DNA of 64,000 nt from an uncultured delta proteobacterium (GTDB taxonomy: Bacteria; Desulfobacterota; Binatia; UBA9968). The notes under the pieces were generated by a model. The model saw nothing but the letters and a program-made list of their open reading frames with translations, was not told the origin of the DNA and searched no databases. Of the stretch, positions 60,214-64,000 are shown piece by piece. Numbering within the stretch: the stretch's first letter is position 1; every line of letters begins with the position of its first letter. The stretch covers positions 64,001 to 128,000 of the forward strand of contig CAVUZH010000015.1 in the NCBI GenBank assembly GCA_963745835.1, given 5' to 3'. The position numbers and the translations under genes are program-made.

Positions 60214-61239
60214 TCAAATCAAAGGATCGAGAATCACTTTGATCGATTCCGAGCCGCTGGCGGTGAGTTGAAATCCTAAACCCGCCTCCGACAACGGCAA
60301 TCGATGCGTGATCATCTCTCCAACCCGCACTTGACGAGTTCGGATTAGTTCCAGCGATTCAACCAAATCATCGCCACTGCCGGCGTACGAAGTGACGATG
60401 GAAATTTCATCTCGCCAAAATTCAAACAAGGGTATCGGCACATCAACTCCGGCCGCCGTTGGCGCAAAAAATAGCAGCGTACCGCCGCGATCAACGGACT
60501 TTATAGCTTGTTGAATGGCGGGCATGGCGGCCGTGCAGACGATTACCAGATCAGCTAACCGGCCTTCGTTCAGCTCACGTAATCGATCCGGAACCTGATC
60601 GGCGGCGTGAATCGTTGCCTGCGCTCCAAACCGTGCGGCTGCCGTCAATCGAAAATCACTGACGTCGGTGGCTATGATTCGATGCGCGCCGCGAGCACGC
60701 GCAAGCTGGATGTGCAACAAACCCGAAATCCCGCTGCCGATCACTAGCACAGTTTGGCCGGTTGCAAGTCGAGCGAATCGTTGCGCACGAACCACGCAAG
60801 CGAGCGGTTCGATAAATGATCCTTCATCAAAGCTTATTTCATCAGGTAAAAGAAGCGTCCCCAGATCTACATTGATCCTGGGCACGCGGACGAATTCAGA
60901 GAAGCCGCCCGGCTCGAAATGCGTGGTGCGGAGCATTTCGCATACCGACTGATGGCCGGCATGACAATACCGGCACTTCCCGCACGGCACATGATGCGAG
61001 CAGAAGACTCGGTCCCCAACACGGAAGCTTCCAACACCGGCGCCGACTTCAATGACGTCGCCGGTAATCTCGTGCCCCAGGACGAGCGGCGCCTTTTTGA
61101 TGCGGTACCATTCCATCAGATCGCTGCCGCAAATGCCGCTGGCGCGAATGCGCACCAGTAACTCACCGGCTCCGATCTTCGGAACGCGCATCTCTTCAAG
61201 CCGCACGTCCTGATTGCTGTAATACATGGCCACTCGCAT
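60214..61239 (-). CDS. Zinc-dependent polyol/threonine dehydrogenase-like MDR
   Basis: GICGSD, LGHE, CGKCRYC...C, IEPLAC, GSGISG; start MRVAMYY. Confidence 0.92.
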   Translation of the reverse strand: MRVAMYYSNQDVRLEEMRVPKIGAGELLVRIRASGICGSDLMEWYRIKKAPLVLGHEITGDVIEVGAGVGSFRVGDRVFCSHHVPCGKCRYCHAGHQSVCEMLRTTHFEPGGFSEFVRVPRINVDLGTLLLPDEISFDEGSFIEPLACVVRAQRFARLATGQTVLVIGSGISGLLHIQLARARGAHRIIATDVSDFRLTAAARFGAQATIHAADQVPDRLRELNEGRLADLVIVCTAAMPAIQQAIKSVDRGGTLLFFAPTAAGVDVPIPLFEFWRDEISIVTSYAGSGDDLVESLELIRTRQVRVGEMITHRLPLSEAGLGFQLTASGSESIKVILDPLI

Positions 61240-61434
61240 ACTGCTGCGGCGAGGTTCCTGCCTAGAGTTGTTCAGATGCTTATGTGATGAGGACATACGG
61301 TTATCACAACCAACATCTCGCGGGCCGCCCGGATTGTTGCCGAGCAAAAGTACTTGGTTTTCTGGCCAAGAACACGCGAGAATCCTCGAGGTGGTGCTCA
61401 ATTCACGCGTAGATACGTAGAGCTCCCTAAATAC

Positions 61435-62247
61435 TTAGCCGGCCGCCCGCTTCGTGATGGCTCCTTTGGCGCCCTCATAGATCTTGTATGCTTCTTTGAC
61501 CGAAACGTTGTCATGTACGATCGCCCGCACCGCTTGGATCATTCCCACCGGGCAATCGGACTGAAAAATATTTCGCCCCATGTCGACCCCAACGGCGCCG
61601 CCCTTAACCGAATTGTAGGTTAGTTCCAAAGCTTCAAGCTCTGGCGTCTTTTTGCCACCAGCTACGATCACTGGGATTGGGCAGCTCTCGATTAACTGCT
61701 CGAATTCGTCACAGTAATAGGTTTTGACGATGTGAGCGCCAAGCTCCGCGGCAATGCGGCAGGCCAAGCTTAAGTAGCGAACATCACGCGCCATGTCCTT
61801 GCCCACTGCCGTTACTGCGAGCACCGGAATGCCAAACTTCTCTCCCTCATCCACCAGTTTGGCCAGACTCACCAGCGTCTCCTTCTCGAACTCCGATCCG
61901 ACGAAGATCGAAAGCGCCATCGCCGATACGTTGAGACGAATGCAATCGTCGATTGAAACCGTGATATCTTCGTTGGAAAGTTCTTTAAGGATGCTAGCGC
62001 CGCCGGAAACCCGGAGAACAACAGGCTTGTCGAAGTTCGGATCGACGGACGTTCTTAGCACACCACGAGTCAGCATGATCGAGTCGGCATATGGCATGAG
62101 CGGTTCAATTGTTTGCCGCGGATCTTCCAAGCCGCTGGTAGGACCGAGAAAGTAACCATGGTCTACGGCGAGCATAACCGCCCGCTTATCCGCCGGCTTG
62201 ATGATTCGAGCTAATCGATTCTCCATTCCCCAATTCATAGATCTCAT
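61435..62247 (-). CDS. lsrF: LsrF-like thiolase / DhnA class I aldolase
   Basis: WGMENRL, LAVDHGYFLGPT, AAELGA...KTYY, AGGKK, GVDMGRNIFQ. Confidence 0.88.
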   Translation of the reverse strand: MRSMNWGMENRLARIIKPADKRAVMLAVDHGYFLGPTSGLEDPRQTIEPLMPYADSIMLTRGVLRTSVDPNFDKPVVLRVSGGASILKELSNEDITVSIDDCIRLNVSAMALSIFVGSEFEKETLVSLAKLVDEGEKFGIPVLAVTAVGKDMARDVRYLSLACRIAAELGAHIVKTYYCDEFEQLIESCPIPVIVAGGKKTPELEALELTYNSVKGGAVGVDMGRNIFQSDCPVGMIQAVRAIVHDNVSVKEAYKIYEGAKGAITKRAAG

Positions 62248-62333
62248 CCTCCTTGCGTCAGAGTGTAAAGTTAAGCAACCGTATCACAGAACGATTTCGG
62301 ATCTAAGCCAGCCCCGTCAAAAACTTTGACCGG

Positions 62334-63197
62334 TTAACGTGATCTACTTAGAAGCGGACCCAGGTAACGCACTGCCAGCGCGGCGAGAATCATGGCACCC
62401 CCGACGAGGGTGGCGAACGACGGAATTTCCCCAACGGTCAGCGCCACCCAGACAGGGTTCAGTACGGGTTCAATCAATGCGATCAGCGCCGCCTCCTGCA
62501 GTGGAATTGTCCGCAACCCTCTGGAAAAAAGAAAGTAGGGCAATCCCAGCTGCACAGCTCCCATAATCGCCACGATCAGAAGTTGATCGGTTGAAAGCGC
62601 CAACGGCTGTTTCACGAACGGCAAGATCAGCAGCGCGCAGACGAGATTGTTCAACCAGGTCAGATAAGTTGCGCTGAACTCTTTTACTCGCTGCAGATTT
62701 ACCATGTAAATGGCGAACAGAACGCCGCTCAAGAGAGCCAGCAGAACCCCGGACATCTCGGGCTGGCCGGCGTTATCGAATGAAATAAATCCGACGCCGA
62801 TCATGCTAACCGCCAATGCCAGGGCATTGGGATTCGAAATCTTTTCGCCCAGCACCAAACGAGAAAATATATAAACCAGAACTGGAGCCGTGTACTGCAG
62901 AACGATGGCATTGGCAGCCGTCGTCAGCTTATTTGCGGACACAAAGGCGGTAATCGCGGCCGTATAGCTGATCACTGAAACGATGATTGGCGCGTTGAAC
63001 CGAAATTCCGAGGACTTTAGAAAGGGGACGAAAACAAGTGACGCAAAGAAACTCCGGTAGAAAACAATTGTCAATGGGTGGATCTCGAGGAGCTTGATGA
63101 AAACCCCTGCCAGACTCCAGAGCAACGCGGCCAGAAAAATCAGAAGCCGGCCACGATCTAGGTCGCGCTTGGAGCCTGTGGCCGTCGAAATCCCCAT
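62334..63197 (-). CDS. EamA/DMT family transporter
   Basis: Two EamA repeats; LWSLAG, TTAANAIVLQYTAP, LIEPVLNPVWV. Confidence 0.9.
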   Translation of the reverse strand: MGISTATGSKRDLDRGRLLIFLAALLWSLAGVFIKLLEIHPLTIVFYRSFFASLVFVPFLKSSEFRFNAPIIVSVISYTAAITAFVSANKLTTAANAIVLQYTAPVLVYIFSRLVLGEKISNPNALALAVSMIGVGFISFDNAGQPEMSGVLLALLSGVLFAIYMVNLQRVKEFSATYLTWLNNLVCALLILPFVKQPLALSTDQLLIVAIMGAVQLGLPYFLFSRGLRTIPLQEAALIALIEPVLNPVWVALTVGEIPSFATLVGGAMILAALAVRYLGPLLSRSR

Positions 63198-63337
63198 CTT
63201 CAGCCGTGAATCCAAGTCGCGGGCTAGCGTTGCGGCTGAAGATCTCAACAACTCAGATGGGATTGATGTGACCGGCTAAAAAACCAGGTGCGCACGATGT
63301 CATCGCGTATCAGCTCGAGCTCGGTTGCCCACACCGA

Positions 63338-63784
63338 CTATTCTTCCGGTATGACGGATACTTTCAGCGGCACTGTAAGATCGGCGGACATACGGATGGG
63401 CACCTCATAGTCGCCGGCGACCTTGATCGGCTCTTCCAATTGGATCTTGCGTCGGTCGACGATTAGTCCTTGCGCCTTCAAAGCTTTTTCAATCTGTATA
63501 TTGGTCACCGAACCGAAGAGCTTCCCTTCCTCCCCGACTCGCATGCGAATGGTCAGTGAAACGGCGCTAATGCTCTGTCCCACCGACTGCGCCTCCCTTG
63601 TGATCTTTTGTTTTTGATCAGCGACAACTTTCTTGTGATGCTCGAATGTCTTCAGATTTTTCTTGTTGGCCAGTAAAACGAGGCCGCGAGGCAGAAGGTA
63701 ATTTCTCGCATAGCCGTCACGAACACGCACCACTTCACCGATTTTGCCGACATTGGCGACGTCTTCTTTTAAGATGACTTCCAT
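63338..63784 (-). CDS. rplI: 50S ribosomal protein L9
   Basis: MEVILKEDV, DGYARNYLLP, GKLFGSVT. Confidence 0.98.
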   Translation of the reverse strand: MEVILKEDVANVGKIGEVVRVRDGYARNYLLPRGLVLLANKKNLKTFEHHKKVVADQKQKITREAQSVGQSISAVSLTIRMRVGEEGKLFGSVTNIQIEKALKAQGLIVDRRKIQLEEPIKVAGDYEVPIRMSADLTVPLKVSVIPEE

Positions 63785-63793
63785 ATCCCTCCC

Positions 63794-64000
63794 TTACGAG
63801 GCCTGACTTGGCTTTAAATCCTGCTTTCTCAACCGGCGAAAATCAACCCACAAGTCGAATAACCCAAGTCCGACGACTAATAATGTGAATATCTGCTGAA
63901 AAACGATAAACAAATAAACCACCCCGCGAACAAATCGGGGCACATTATTTTTGTTGAAATAAAACGCGATAATTGACAGTCCCTGGAAGAAGTAGCATGC
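63794..64000 (-). CDS. YybS/DUF2232 membrane protein, C-terminal part
   Basis: YFFQGLSII...GLGLFDLWVDFRRL...* immediately upstream of rplI, the usual synteny. Confidence 0.8.
   Translation of the reverse strand, partial: ACYFFQGLSIIAFYFNKNNVPRFVRGVVYLFIVFQQIFTLLVVGLGLFDLWVDFRRLRKQDLKPSQAS

Overview
Bacterial chromosomal window, gene-dense and moderately GC-rich, with no CRISPR array, rRNA/tRNA, transposase or prophage seen. The many stand-alone NMT1/SsuA-like solute-binding proteins, cupins, SDRs, UbiD and AOR suggest a soil 'Deltaproteobacteria'/Candidatus Binatia-like lineage (inference only). Main blocks: an Fe(III)-type ABC transporter; a membrane-anchored SET protein; an enolase-superfamily/HDO/cupin/UbiD catabolic cluster; a 10-gene A-type cytochrome c oxidase operon; a UGA-interrupted UxxC (UGSC-like) candidate selenoprotein that the ORF track splits; an mrp-sufT-MEMO1 operon with an IscR-like operator; a Na+-translocating acyl-CoA decarboxylase operon; a multi-GAF Cph1/Rcp1-type two-component cascade; two MoeA genes with an AOR locus; lsrF; rplI. 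Several genes carry single-base frameshifts that look like long-read indel errors, so apparent fusions and pseudogenes need care. Best leads: the selenoprotein, a family of intergenic hairpins built from 8-9 nt micro-repeats, a stand-alone promoter-SD-sORF-terminator unit at ~14.0-14.37 kb, and a perfect 39-bp palindrome holding a sigma54 motif on both strands.
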